This document shows positions 46,598 to 55,205 of a stretch of 64,000 nt of DNA, one piece after another. The DNA is from Candidatus Methylomirabilota bacterium (lineage in GTDB: Bacteria > Methylomirabilota > Methylomirabilia > Rokubacteriales > CSP1-6): positions 12,710 through 76,709 of the forward strand of contig DASQAK010000198.1 in NCBI GenBank assembly GCA_035635755.1, in the 5' to 3' direction. The position numbers and the translations under genes were made by a program. Below the pieces are notes generated by a model. The model worked only from the letters and a program-made list of their open reading frames with translations, was not told the DNA's origin and searched no databases. How positions within the stretch are numbered: the first letter of the stretch is position 1; every line of letters starts with the position of its first letter.

Positions 46598-46635
46598 GCC
46601 TCGCGCTTTCGAGCCGAATTCGAGCAGGCCCAGCC

Positions 46636-47781
46636 ATGAACTTCGACCTGACGCCAGAACAGCAAGCGGTGCGCGCGATGGCTCGCGAGTGGGCGCTGGC
46701 CGAGGTCGCCCCGGTCATTCATCACTTCGACGAGACGCACGAGTTCCCCCACGAGATCGTGCGCAGCCTCGGCAAGACTGGCCTTCTGGGAGCGCTCGTG
46801 CCCGAGGAGTATGGGGGCGCCGGGCTCGACTATGTCTCGTACGCCCTCGCCGTCGAGGAGCTCAACCGCGTGGACGCCTCGGTCGGTATCACCATGTGGG
46901 CGCACAACTCGCTCTGTACCAACCACATCGTGCTGTTTGGCTCCTCCGCGCAGAAGGAGAGCTACCTGCCGCGCCTGGCGCGTGGAGAGGCGCTCGGCGC
47001 CTGGGGGCTGACGGAGCCCGGCTCAGGCTCCGATGCCGCGGCCATGAAGTCGCGCGCGGTGCGCGAGGGCGATCGCTTCGTGTTGAACGGCAGCAAGGCC
47101 TTCATCACCAATGCGGGCGTAGCCGAGGTCGCGGTGGTGATGGCCTTGACGGACCCCGCGCACGGCAACAAGGGCATCTCGGCCTTCATCCTCGATCGCG
47201 GCATGCCGGGTTTCGCGGCGGGGCGGCCGTATCGGAAGCTCGGGCTCCACGCCTCCAACACCGCCGAGCTCGTGTTCGACAATGTCAGCGTGGAGGCGGC
47301 CCGCCTGCTCGGCGAGCCCGGCATGGGCTTCGTCAATACCATGCAGGTGCTGGAGGGTGGGCGCATCGCCATGGCGGCCATGGCCGTGGGCATTGCCCAG
47401 GCCGCTCTCGACGAGGCGCTTGCCTACATGAAGCAGCGGAGCGCCTTCGGCAAGACCCTGGCCGAGTTCAACGGCCTGCAGGGCATGATCGCCGACATGG
47501 GCACCGATGTGGAGGCGGCCCGACTCTTGACGCTGCGGGCGGCCGCTCTCAAGGATGCGGGCAAGCCGGCCAGAACGGCCGCGTCCATGGCCAAGGTGTT
47601 CGCCTCGGAGGCGGCCATGAAGGCGGCCACCAAGGCGCTCCAGATCCACGGGGGCGCCGGGTACATCACGGAGTTTCCCATCGAGCGCATCTTCCGCGAC
47701 GCCAAGCTGACCGAGATCGGCGAGGGAACCTCCGAGATCCAGCGAATGGTCATCGCGCGCGATATCCTGGGCCTGCGCTAG
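46636..47781 (+). CDS. Acyl-CoA dehydrogenase
   Basis: 381 aa. ..WGLTEPGSGSDAAAM.., ..RDAKLTEIGEGTSEIQRMVIA... Confidence 0.92.
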   Translation: MNFDLTPEQQAVRAMAREWALAEVAPVIHHFDETHEFPHEIVRSLGKTGLLGALVPEEYGGAGLDYVSYALAVEELNRVDASVGITMWAHNSLCTNHIVLFGSSAQKESYLPRLARGEALGAWGLTEPGSGSDAAAMKSRAVREGDRFVLNGSKAFITNAGVAEVAVVMALTDPAHGNKGISAFILDRGMPGFAAGRPYRKLGLHASNTAELVFDNVSVEAARLLGEPGMGFVNTMQVLEGGRIAMAAMAVGIAQAALDEALAYMKQRSAFGKTLAEFNGLQGMIADMGTDVEAARLLTLRAAALKDAGKPARTAASMAKVFASEAAMKAATKALQIHGGAGYITEFPIERIFRDAKLTEIGEGTSEIQRMVIARDILGLR

Positions 47782-47801
47782 ATCGACACGAGAGGAATGC
47801 C

Positions 47802-48584
47802 ATGGCCGAGTCGAGCGTGCTGTACGAGGTCCGGAACGGCGTGGCCACGGTCACCTTGAATCGTCCCGCCGTCCTCAATGCGCTCGACCAAGCCATGGTT
47901 GCCGAGTTTGCCGATCGCGTGGAGGCGGCGGAGAAGGACGCCGACGTGTGGGCCGTGGTCGTGCGAGGCGCGGGGCGCGCGTTCTGCTCGGGCATGGACC
48001 GCACGGCCCTCTCGGCTGGGCACATCGGCGACGCCTTCTACCGGCACTGGATCCGCGCCCTCAACTGCCTCGAGGACATGGACAAGCTGGTCGTCGGGGT
48101 CCTGCATGGCTACTCGATAGGCGGGGGGCTGCAGCTGGCGGTGGCGTGCGACCTTCGCATCGCCACCGATGATGCCGTTCTCGGGCTCGGCGCCACGCGC
48201 CACGGCCTCGTTCCCGACGGGTCCATTCTCCGGCTCGCCCGGATCATCGGAATGGGGCGCGCGAAGGAGCTCACGCTCCTCAACGACCACATCACGGCCG
48301 AGGCCGCGCTCGCCATGGGCCTCGTGAACTGGGTGGTGGCCCCCGCCCGCCTGGACGCGAAGATCGAGGAGATCGTCGAGAAGGCCTTCCACGCCTCCCG
48401 CACCGCGACGGGGCACGCCAAGCGTCTGCTCCAGGCGTCCTTTCACACCGACCCCCGCGACATGATCGAGGAGATCGTGCGGGCGCAAGCGGCCTGCCGG
48501 AGCTCGTGGGAGATCGACGCCGCCAACCGCGCGTGGGACACGGCGAAGAAGGACGTCCGCTTCTACCCGCCTCCAGGCGGCTGA
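47802..48584 (+). CDS. Enoyl-CoA hydratase/isomerase (crotonase superfamily)
   Basis: 260 aa. ..VVRGAGRAFCSGMD.., ..HGYSIGGGLQLAVACDLRIA... Confidence 0.9.
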   Translation: MAESSVLYEVRNGVATVTLNRPAVLNALDQAMVAEFADRVEAAEKDADVWAVVVRGAGRAFCSGMDRTALSAGHIGDAFYRHWIRALNCLEDMDKLVVGVLHGYSIGGGLQLAVACDLRIATDDAVLGLGATRHGLVPDGSILRLARIIGMGRAKELTLLNDHITAEAALAMGLVNWVVAPARLDAKIEEIVEKAFHASRTATGHAKRLLQASFHTDPRDMIEEIVRAQAACRSSWEIDAANRAWDTAKKDVRFYPPPGG

Positions 48585-48797
48585 AAAAGGCCCCTCTGCG
48601 GCGATGAGCGCTTGCGCGAAGAGACTCTACCGCTCAGCCAGGGTCATCTATACCTAGCCAAGATAGGACGGCGCCCTCGGCTGCACGCTCAACGTACGTG
48701 GCAGTTCGAGCTGCGGGGCGAAGCCACGAGGCGAGGGCTGAGTGAGAACTACGCCTCGGGGGCCGCGGCGCTCGCCGCCTCGCATCTGGGCCTTTTT
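48585..48797. repeat. Palindromic element family X copy 2 (AAAAGGCCC...GGGCCTTTTT) carrying nested insertions, including one R1 unit at 48705-48749
   Basis: It shares both internal blocks with 16655-16755. It fills the convergent spacer between the crotonase gene (+) and the ketopantoate-reductase-like gene (-). The termini resemble a bidirectional terminator stem with A/T tracts. Confidence 0.8.
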
Positions 48798-48807
48798 GAG
48801 CCGCCTG

Positions 48808-49860
48808 CTAAATGCCGGCGGTTTTCAGGGCCTGCTCGATGTGGGCGGGTGAGGAGGTGCGGGACCCCGCGTCGATCTCTCGCATGATCCCGACCACGGC
48901 CGCCGATACAGGCGTGGCCACGCCCTTCTCTTTCCCCTTGGCCGCGATGTGGCCGTTCATGTACTCGATCTCCGAGCGGCGGCCCTTGATCACGTCCTGG
49001 GCCATGGAGGCGCGCCAGTTCCGAGAGGCATCCGCCTTCGGGGTCAGCAGCCGGTCGAGCTCCGCGTAGACGACGGGGTCATCGGCGGCGGCCCAGGTCT
49101 TGACGTCGGCCACCCCGAACTTGGGAATCGTGTAGCCGAGGGCCAGTCCCACGCGAGCCGACTCCGCGCCAAGGCGGATGGTGATCTCGCGGCCCCGAGC
49201 CTCGCGGGCGACCTCGAGGCTGCCCAGCCCGGTCATGGCCTGGACCGGGTTGCCCATGGCGTTGAGGCAGAGCTTGGACCAGCGCTCGCCCCAGAGATTG
49301 TCCGTGGGCCGGGCGCCGTCGACCACTGAGAGAATCTTCGCGAGGGACTCCACGCGCGGCGTGATGCGGCCGTCGTGCTCGCCGGCCCGGAAGACCTCGT
49401 GTCCGGAGGCGCTGCCCTTCTCGCTGCCGCGCTCGACCTCACCCGACTTCCAGAGGGCCACGGAGATCCTCGACATGACGAGGCCGACCGCGCGCGAGAC
49501 GCCGGCCACCGCGGCCACCGTCGGATCGTTCCAGCAATTCTGGGCGGAGACGACGTAGCCCTCCGGCTTGAGATGGGGCACGGCGAGGTGCGTCGCCCAC
49601 GCCGTGTCGTAGGCCTTCATGGCCACGATGGCGAAATCGAAGTCCTCGCCGAGGCTCTGCGCCTCGTGGACGTGGAGGGCCCGGGGCCGGGCCTCGAAGG
49701 GATCGTGCGGTCCGCTGAGGGCGATGCCGCGACTGCGGATCGCCTCCACCTGCTCCGGCCAGGGATCGACCAGGGTGACGTCGTGCTCCGCCCGGGAGAG
49801 GAAGCCGCCGAGATAGCTGCCGACCGCGCCTGCGCCGATGATGAGGATTCGTGAGCTCAT
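48808..49860 (-). CDS. 2-dehydropantoate 2-reductase family oxidoreductase (ApbA/PanE-like)
   Basis: Rossmann start MSSRILIIGAGAVGSYLGG; I prefer the ATG at 49860 over 49884. The C-terminal ApbA_C-like region is ..SMAQDVIKGRRSEIEYMNG... Confidence 0.8.
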   Translation of the reverse strand: MSSRILIIGAGAVGSYLGGFLSRAEHDVTLVDPWPEQVEAIRSRGIALSGPHDPFEARPRALHVHEAQSLGEDFDFAIVAMKAYDTAWATHLAVPHLKPEGYVVSAQNCWNDPTVAAVAGVSRAVGLVMSRISVALWKSGEVERGSEKGSASGHEVFRAGEHDGRITPRVESLAKILSVVDGARPTDNLWGERWSKLCLNAMGNPVQAMTGLGSLEVAREARGREITIRLGAESARVGLALGYTIPKFGVADVKTWAAADDPVVYAELDRLLTPKADASRNWRASMAQDVIKGRRSEIEYMNGHIAAKGKEKGVATPVSAAVVGIMREIDAGSRTSSPAHIEQALKTAGI

Positions 49861-49878
49861 GGCGCACATGATATCCGC

Positions 49879-49907
49879 TTGCACCGTCCCTGCGCCATCG
49901 CTATCAT
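49879..49907 (+). promoter_or_regulatory. Candidate sigma70-type promoter TTGCAC-17 nt-TATCAT only about 10 nt upstream of the livG-type ATG (possible leaderless or very short-leader mRNA)
   Basis: Hexamers read by eye in the 56-bp divergent spacer. No SD is visible before the ATG at 49917. Confidence 0.3.
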
Positions 49908-49916
49908 CGGCGGGCC

Positions 49917-50684
49917 ATGCCGACCGATCTGATCCTCGAGACCGAGGGTCTGACCAAGGAGTTCCGCGGCTTCCTCGCCGTCAAGGACGTGAGCCTCAGG
50001 GTCCGCCGGGGGACCATTCACGCCCTCATCGGCCCCAACGGGGCGGGGAAGACCACGTGCTTTAACTTGCTCACCCATTTCCTCACGCCCACGCGGGGAC
50101 GCATCACCTTCAACGGCCGCGAGATCACCGGCTCCACGCCCGCCCACATCGCGCGGCTAGGCCTCGTCCGCTCCTTCCAGATCTCCGCCGTCTTCCCGCA
50201 TCTGAGCGTGCTCGAGAATGTCCGGGTCGCCCTCCAGAGGCGGCGGGGACGCTCCTTCGACTTCTGGCGATCGGAGCGGGTGCTGGAGGGGCTCGACGGC
50301 CGGGCCCTGGAGCTGATCGAGGCGGTGGGTCTCTCCGCCTTCGCGGCCACCCCCGCCGTGGAACTGCCTTATGGGCGCAAGCGGGCGCTCGAGATCGCCA
50401 CCACCCTCGCCCTCGATCCCGAGATGATGCTGCTCGACGAGCCAACGGCGGGCATGACCCACGAGGACGTGGAGCGCATCTCCGCCCTCATCCGGCGGGT
50501 CGCCGCCAATCGCACCGTGCTCATGGTCGAGCACAATCTCAGCGTGGTCGCCAATCTTTCCCACAGCATCACCGTGCTCGCCCGAGGCGAGATCCTGGCC
50601 GAAGGCGACTATGCCGCCGTCTCGAAGAACCCGGACGTCATCCAGGCCTATATGGGATCGGGGCAGGGCTCCGGCCATGCCTGA
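49917..50684 (+). CDS. ABC ATP-binding protein (LivG family)
   Basis: Walker A GPNGAGKTT, ..LPYGRKRALEIATTL.., Walker B MMLLDEPTAG, H-loop VEHNL. Confidence 0.92.
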   Translation: MPTDLILETEGLTKEFRGFLAVKDVSLRVRRGTIHALIGPNGAGKTTCFNLLTHFLTPTRGRITFNGREITGSTPAHIARLGLVRSFQISAVFPHLSVLENVRVALQRRRGRSFDFWRSERVLEGLDGRALELIEAVGLSAFAATPAVELPYGRKRALEIATTLALDPEMMLLDEPTAGMTHEDVERISALIRRVAANRTVLMVEHNLSVVANLSHSITVLARGEILAEGDYAAVSKNPDVIQAYMGSGQGSGHA

Positions 50685-51384
50685 GAGCTCCCTGCTCGAG
50701 GTCCGGGACCTCCACGCCTGGTATGGCGAGTCGCACATCCTGCACGGCGTCGGCTTCGAGGTGCGGGCGGGGGAGGTGGTGACGCTGCTCGGGCGCAACG
50801 GCGCCGGCAAGACCACCACGCTCAAATCCATCATGGGCATGGTGCCGCGGCGACAGGGCTCGATCCGCTTCGACGGGCACGAGCTCGTGGCCCTGCCCTC
50901 GAACCGCATCGCGCGCCTCGGCCTCGCCTTCTGCCCCGAGGAGCGCGGAATCTTCGCGAGCCTCAACGTCGAGGAGAACCTCCTGCTGCCCCCGGAGGTC
51001 CGCCCGGGCGGGCTTCCCCTCGACGGCGTCTTCGGTCTTTTCCCGAATCTCAAGGAGCGGCTCCGCAGCCAGGGCACCAAGCTCTCGGGGGGCGAGCAGC
51101 AGATGCTCGCCATCGGTCGCATCCTGCGCACGGGCGCGCGCCTGCTCCTCCTCGACGAGCCGACGGAGGGCCTGGCCCCCGTCATCGTGCAGCAGATCGG
51201 GGCCACCATCCGGCGCCTGCGGTCCGAGGGCTTCACCATCCTCCTCGTCGAGCAGAACTTCCTCTTCGCGGCCACGGTGGCGGACCGGCACTGCGTCATG
51301 GAGCACGGCCGCGTGGTGGACGTGATTCCCAACGCCGCCCTCGAGGCCAGCATGGGCAAGCTCCACGAATACCTTGGGGTATAA
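50677..51384 (+). CDS. ABC ATP-binding protein (LivF family)
   Basis: The ATG at 50677 overlaps the upstream stop. GRNGAGKTT, LSGGEQQM, LLLLDEPT. Confidence 0.92.
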   Translation: MPESSLLEVRDLHAWYGESHILHGVGFEVRAGEVVTLLGRNGAGKTTTLKSIMGMVPRRQGSIRFDGHELVALPSNRIARLGLAFCPEERGIFASLNVEENLLLPPEVRPGGLPLDGVFGLFPNLKERLRSQGTKLSGGEQQMLAIGRILRTGARLLLLDEPTEGLAPVIVQQIGATIRRLRSEGFTILLVEQNFLFAATVADRHCVMEHGRVVDVIPNAALEASMGKLHEYLGV

Positions 51385-51429
51385 TCCCTCCGCCTTCACG
51401 GGTTCCCACTGAGGAAAGGAGTCCCAGAA

Positions 51430-52641
51430 ATGCTGATGCGCATCGCGATCCTGCTGGCAGCGCTGCTCGCCCTGGGGCCCGCGATGGCGCGGGCACAGAT
51501 CTCCGACGGCGTGATCAAGATCGGCGTGCTCAACGACCAGTCGGGCCTTTACGCCGACCTGGCGGGGCAGGGCTCGGTGGTGGCCGCCCGCATGGCCGTC
51601 GAGGACTACGGCGCCGACAAGAAGGGCATGAAAGTGGAAGTCGTCTTCGCCGACCATCAGAACAAGGCCGACGTGGGGTCCGCGATCGCCCGCCAGTGGT
51701 ACGACGTGGACAAGGTGGACCTGATCGTGGACGTGCCGAACTCCGGGGTGGCCCTCGCCGTCAGCCAGATCACGCGCGACAAGGGCAAGGCCTTCATCGT
51801 CTCGTCGGCTGCGACCTCCGACCTGACGGGCAAGGCCTGCTCGCCCAACACGATCCACTGGACGTACGACACGTGGGCGCTCGCCAACGGCACCGCCAAT
51901 GCCCTCGTCAAGCAGGGGGCCGACAGCTGGTTCTTCATCACCGCGGACTATGCCTTCGGCCACGCCCTCGAGCGTGACGTCGAGGCCGTGGTGCTCAAGA
52001 ACGGCGGCAAGGTGCTGGGCAAGGTGCGCCATCCGCTCAACACCCAGGATTTCTCCTCCTTCCTCCTCCAGGCTCAGGCGTCCAAGGCGAAGGTGATCGG
52101 GCTGGCCAATGCGGGCGGCGACACCACGAACGCCATCAAGCAGGGCGCGGAGTTCGGCATCGTCAAGGGTGGGCAGAACTTCGCAGGCCTCCTCGTGTTC
52201 CTCACGGACGTCCATGCTCTCGGGCTCCAGACCGCGCAGGGGCTCGTCTTCACCGAGACGTTCTACTGGGACCTGAATGATCGGACGCGCGCCTTCGCCA
52301 AGCGGTTCGCCGAGCGCAATCGCGGTATCCATCCGACCATGATCCACGCCGGCGTCTATGCGGGTGTCACGCACTACCTGAAGGCGGTGGAGGCGCTAAA
52401 GAGCGACGACGGCACCAAGGTCATCGCGAAGATGAAGGAGATCCCGACCGACGACCCGCTCTTCGGCAAGGGCACCATCCGCGTCGATGGGCGGAAGATT
52501 CATCCCGCCTATCTCGTGGAGGTCAAGAAGCCCTCGGAATCGAAGGCGCCCTGGGACTACTACAAGATCCGGGCGACCATCCCTGCCGACCAGGCCTTCC
52601 GCCCCCTCGACCAGGGCGAGTGCCCGCTGGTCAAGAAGTAG
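51430..52641 (+). CDS. Periplasmic substrate-binding protein of Liv-type ABC transporter (Peripla_BP_6-like)
   Basis: AAAGGAG precedes the ATG. Signal peptide MLMRIAILLAALLALGPAMARA. ..IKIGVLNDQSGLYADLAG... 403 aa. Confidence 0.9.
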   Translation: MLMRIAILLAALLALGPAMARAQISDGVIKIGVLNDQSGLYADLAGQGSVVAARMAVEDYGADKKGMKVEVVFADHQNKADVGSAIARQWYDVDKVDLIVDVPNSGVALAVSQITRDKGKAFIVSSAATSDLTGKACSPNTIHWTYDTWALANGTANALVKQGADSWFFITADYAFGHALERDVEAVVLKNGGKVLGKVRHPLNTQDFSSFLLQAQASKAKVIGLANAGGDTTNAIKQGAEFGIVKGGQNFAGLLVFLTDVHALGLQTAQGLVFTETFYWDLNDRTRAFAKRFAERNRGIHPTMIHAGVYAGVTHYLKAVEALKSDDGTKVIAKMKEIPTDDPLFGKGTIRVDGRKIHPAYLVEVKKPSESKAPWDYYKIRATIPADQAFRPLDQGECPLVKK

Positions 52642-52655
52642 CGTGACCGATTCGT

Positions 52656-52687
52656 CCCCCTCTCCCCGCCTCGGCCGGGAGAGGGGG
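52656..52687 (+). promoter_or_regulatory. Intercistronic 11-bp perfect hairpin (CCCCCTCTCCC / GGGAGAGGGGG) whose 3' arm contains the SD-like sequence of the downstream permease gene
   Basis: It lies between the binding-protein stop (52641) and the livH-type ATG (52696). The 3' arm ends 8 nt before that ATG. Confidence 0.5.
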
Positions 52688-52695
52688 AATCCGCG

Positions 52696-53583
52696 ATGAG
52701 CAGCATCTTCGGCGTCCCGACCCAGGCCTTGTTCGGCCAGCTCTTGATCGGACTGATCAACGGCTCCTTCTATGCCCTCCTGAGCCTCGGGCTGTCCGTC
52801 ATCTTCGGGCTGCTCAACATCATCAACTTCGCCCATGGCGCCCTGTACATGATGGGCGCCTTCGTGGCGTACTTTCTCCTGCAGTGGGCGGGGCTCGGCT
52901 ACTGGTGGGCCCTTCTGCTCTCGCCGATCGTGGTCGGTTTCCTCGGCGTCGTGCTGGAGCGGACCATGCTGAAGCGCCTCTACCATCTCGATCACCTCTA
53001 CGGGCTCCTGCTGACCTTCGGGCTCGCCCTCATCATCCAGGGACTCTTCCGCAACCAATTCGGATCCTCGGGACTGCCGTACGCCATGCCGGTGCAGCTC
53101 GCGGGGGGGCGGAGCCTGGGCTTCATGTTCCTGCCGAACTACCGGGCCTGGGTCATCGTCTTCTCGCTCGCGACGTGTCTGGCCACGTGGTACGTGATCG
53201 AGCGGACCAAGCTCGGCTCCTACCTCCGCGCGGCCACCGAGAACCCGGCGCTCGTCCAGGCCTTCGGCATCAATGTGCCGCGGATGATCACGCTCACGTA
53301 CGGATTCGGGGTGGCGCTGGCCGCTCTGGCCGGGGTGCTCGCCGCACCTATCTACCAGGTGAACCCCCTCATGGGCGCCGATCTCATCATCGTGGTCTTC
53401 GCGGTGGTGGTGATCGGGGGACTGGGATCGATCATGGGCTCGATCCTGACCGGCTTCGCGCTGGGGATCGTCGAGGGCCTGACCAAGGTCTTCTATCCGG
53501 AGGCCTCGAACACGGTCATCTTCGTCATCATGGCGCTGGTCCTGCTCGTCAAGCCCACCGGGCTCTTCGGCCGGGAGAAGTAG
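52696..53583 (+). CDS. Liv-type ABC permease (LivH family)
   Basis: 295 aa. ..GLLNIINFAHGALYMMGAF.., ..VIGGLGSIMGSILTG... Confidence 0.9.
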   Translation: MSSIFGVPTQALFGQLLIGLINGSFYALLSLGLSVIFGLLNIINFAHGALYMMGAFVAYFLLQWAGLGYWWALLLSPIVVGFLGVVLERTMLKRLYHLDHLYGLLLTFGLALIIQGLFRNQFGSSGLPYAMPVQLAGGRSLGFMFLPNYRAWVIVFSLATCLATWYVIERTKLGSYLRAATENPALVQAFGINVPRMITLTYGFGVALAALAGVLAAPIYQVNPLMGADLIIVVFAVVVIGGLGSIMGSILTGFALGIVEGLTKVFYPEASNTVIFVIMALVLLVKPTGLFGREK

Positions 53584-53586
53584 CCG

Positions 53587-54558
53587 GTGCCGGCCGCCCA
53601 GGAAGCCGCGCCCGCCGTCGAGACGCCCGTCGTCACCAGTCGTCACCAGCTCGTCGCCTTCGCCGTCATGGTCGTCTTCTTCGTGGTGGCGCCGTTTTTC
53701 ATCTACCCGCTCTTTCTCATGAAGGCGCTCTGCTTCGCGCTCTTCGCCTGTGCCTTCAATCTCCTGATCGGCTATGTCGGGCTCCTGTCCTTCGGGCATG
53801 CCGCCTTCCTCGGCTCCGCCGGCTACATCTCGGCGCACACCGCCAAGGTCTGGGGCTGGCCGCCGGAGCTGGCCATTCTCGCGGGGACGGTCGTGGCGGG
53901 GGCTCTCGGCGTCTTGATCGGCGCCCTGGCCATCCGGAGCCGGGGCATCTACTTCGCCAACATCACGCTGGCCCTGGCCCAAATGATCTACTTCTTCTGC
54001 CTCCAGGCCCCGTTCACTCACGGCGAGGACGGTATCCAGGCGGTGCCCCGCGGCATGCTCTTCGGCCTCCTCGACCTGCGCCATACCATGACCATGTACT
54101 TCGTGGTGCTGGTCGTGTTCCTCGCGGGCTTTCTGCTCATCTACCGGATCATCCACTCGCCCTTCGGCCAGGTGCTGAAGGCCATTCGCGAGCACGAGCC
54201 GCGGGCCGTCTCGCTCGGCTATACCGCGGAGCAGTACAAGCTCCTCGCCTTCGTGCTCTCCGCCACGCTCTCGGGGCTGGCGGGCGGCACCAAGGCCATC
54301 GTCTTTCAGCTCGCCTCGCTCACCGACGTCCACTGGACCATGTCGGGCGAGGTCGTGTTGATGACGCTCCTGGGCGGCCTCGGCACCGTCTTTGGCCCCG
54401 TCGCGGGTGCCTTCATCGTTGTCTCGCTCGAGAACTACCTGTCTCAGCTCGGGGCCTGGGTGACCGTGGTGCAGGGGGTGATCTTCGTGCTCTGCGTGCT
54501 GACCTTCAGGCGTGGCGTCGTCGGCGAGCTGGCCCGCCTCCTCAAAAGGCCCTTCTAG
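53587..54558 (+). CDS. Liv-type ABC permease (LivM family)
   Basis: GTG start. ..FNLLIGYVGLLSFGHAAFLGSAGY... 323 aa. Confidence 0.9.
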   Translation: MPAAQEAAPAVETPVVTSRHQLVAFAVMVVFFVVAPFFIYPLFLMKALCFALFACAFNLLIGYVGLLSFGHAAFLGSAGYISAHTAKVWGWPPELAILAGTVVAGALGVLIGALAIRSRGIYFANITLALAQMIYFFCLQAPFTHGEDGIQAVPRGMLFGLLDLRHTMTMYFVVLVVFLAGFLLIYRIIHSPFGQVLKAIREHEPRAVSLGYTAEQYKLLAFVLSATLSGLAGGTKAIVFQLASLTDVHWTMSGEVVLMTLLGGLGTVFGPVAGAFIVVSLENYLSQLGAWVTVVQGVIFVLCVLTFRRGVVGELARLLKRPF

Positions 54559-54885
54559 GCTGCTGAAGCTTGGCAGCGCTCCTCGAATTCCGACAGCATC
54601 TTCCGGTACTTGTCCTCGATGGCCCGCTTCTCGCCCTCCCAGTTGGCCTCGAAGCGCTGCCGCTCCTTCCGGCGGCATGCGGCGGCGCCCGATTCCTCCT
54701 GGACATCGGCCGAAGGCCTCCCACATGGCCGCTCGATTGGTGTCCTCGGCGCCTTCTATCTCCGAGAGCATCAAGCGCCCGACCACGCTTCGGGCTTGCT
54801 GAGGCCGGGCGCAGTCCATCTCGAGCTGGGCCCAGCTGGTCGACCAGCTCAGAACGACCCCCACGATCCAGACGGCCGAGCGCAT
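54555..54885 (-). pseudogene. Small secreted Cys-containing protein gene with an apparent +1 frame change near 54706-54711 (frameshifted gene or sequence indel)
   Basis: Minus frame A, from the ATG at 54885, gives a signal peptide and coding-like sequence: MRSAVWIVGVVLSWSTSWAQLEMDCARP...AAMWEAFG. After that it degenerates into Gly/Arg-rich shadow. The adjacent frame then reads a clean, high-GC3 stretch ..ADVQEESGAAACRRKERQRFEANWEGEKRAIEDKYRKMLSEFEERCQASAA, with its stop at 54555-54557 overlapping the livM stop. Confidence 0.4.
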
Positions 54886-54950
54886 CCTCAGGTGGCTGCC
54901 CCTGAGGTCCGAAGGTGACTGTAAACCCTTGTCGTGCCTCGCAAAGTCCC

Positions 54951-54979
54951 TTGACAGCCCGGAGCCGGTCGTTTAGACT
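54951..54979 (+). promoter_or_regulatory. Candidate strong sigma70-type promoter TTGACA-17 nt-TAGACT upstream of the acyl-CoA synthetase/ABC module
   Basis: Consensus -35 hexamer (54951-54956), 17-nt spacer, -10 hexamer 54974-54979. This implies a leader of about 220 nt before the ATG at 55206. Confidence 0.5.
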
Positions 54980-55205
54980 CTCGCCACTCCAGCCCCCCCG
55001 GCGTGGCTGCCTTACCGGGGCCTCGTGCCCGGGGCAAGGCGGACGATTGTGGAAACTCTCTCCAATGGCGTGGGCGAGTGTCGCTTCACGGATCCCATGT
55101 GATCCGCGTGAGGGCGCGCGGGCGCAGACGGTGTGAATATGCCAGCCAACCGACCCTGTGGTCCGTCATGCCCCGCGCCTCCATGGTCCGGATGACCCAC
55201 TCCTG

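Noticed and set aside
48618-48660. tRNA-like fragment on the minus strand (reverse complement reads ..TGGCTGAGCGGTAGAGTCTC.., D-arm-like).
   Set aside because: Only a D-arm-like segment can be drawn. No anticodon or T arm and no acceptor pairing is present, so it is not an intact tRNA. It might be a relic inside the repeat insertion, but that is unprovable here.
55158-55205. Upstream ATG as the start of the acyl-CoA synthetase (MVRHAPRLHGPDDPLL...).
   Set aside because: The extra 16 residues have no counterpart in the paralog at 62890, whose alignment begins at the position of the ATG at 55206. Kept only as an alternative.
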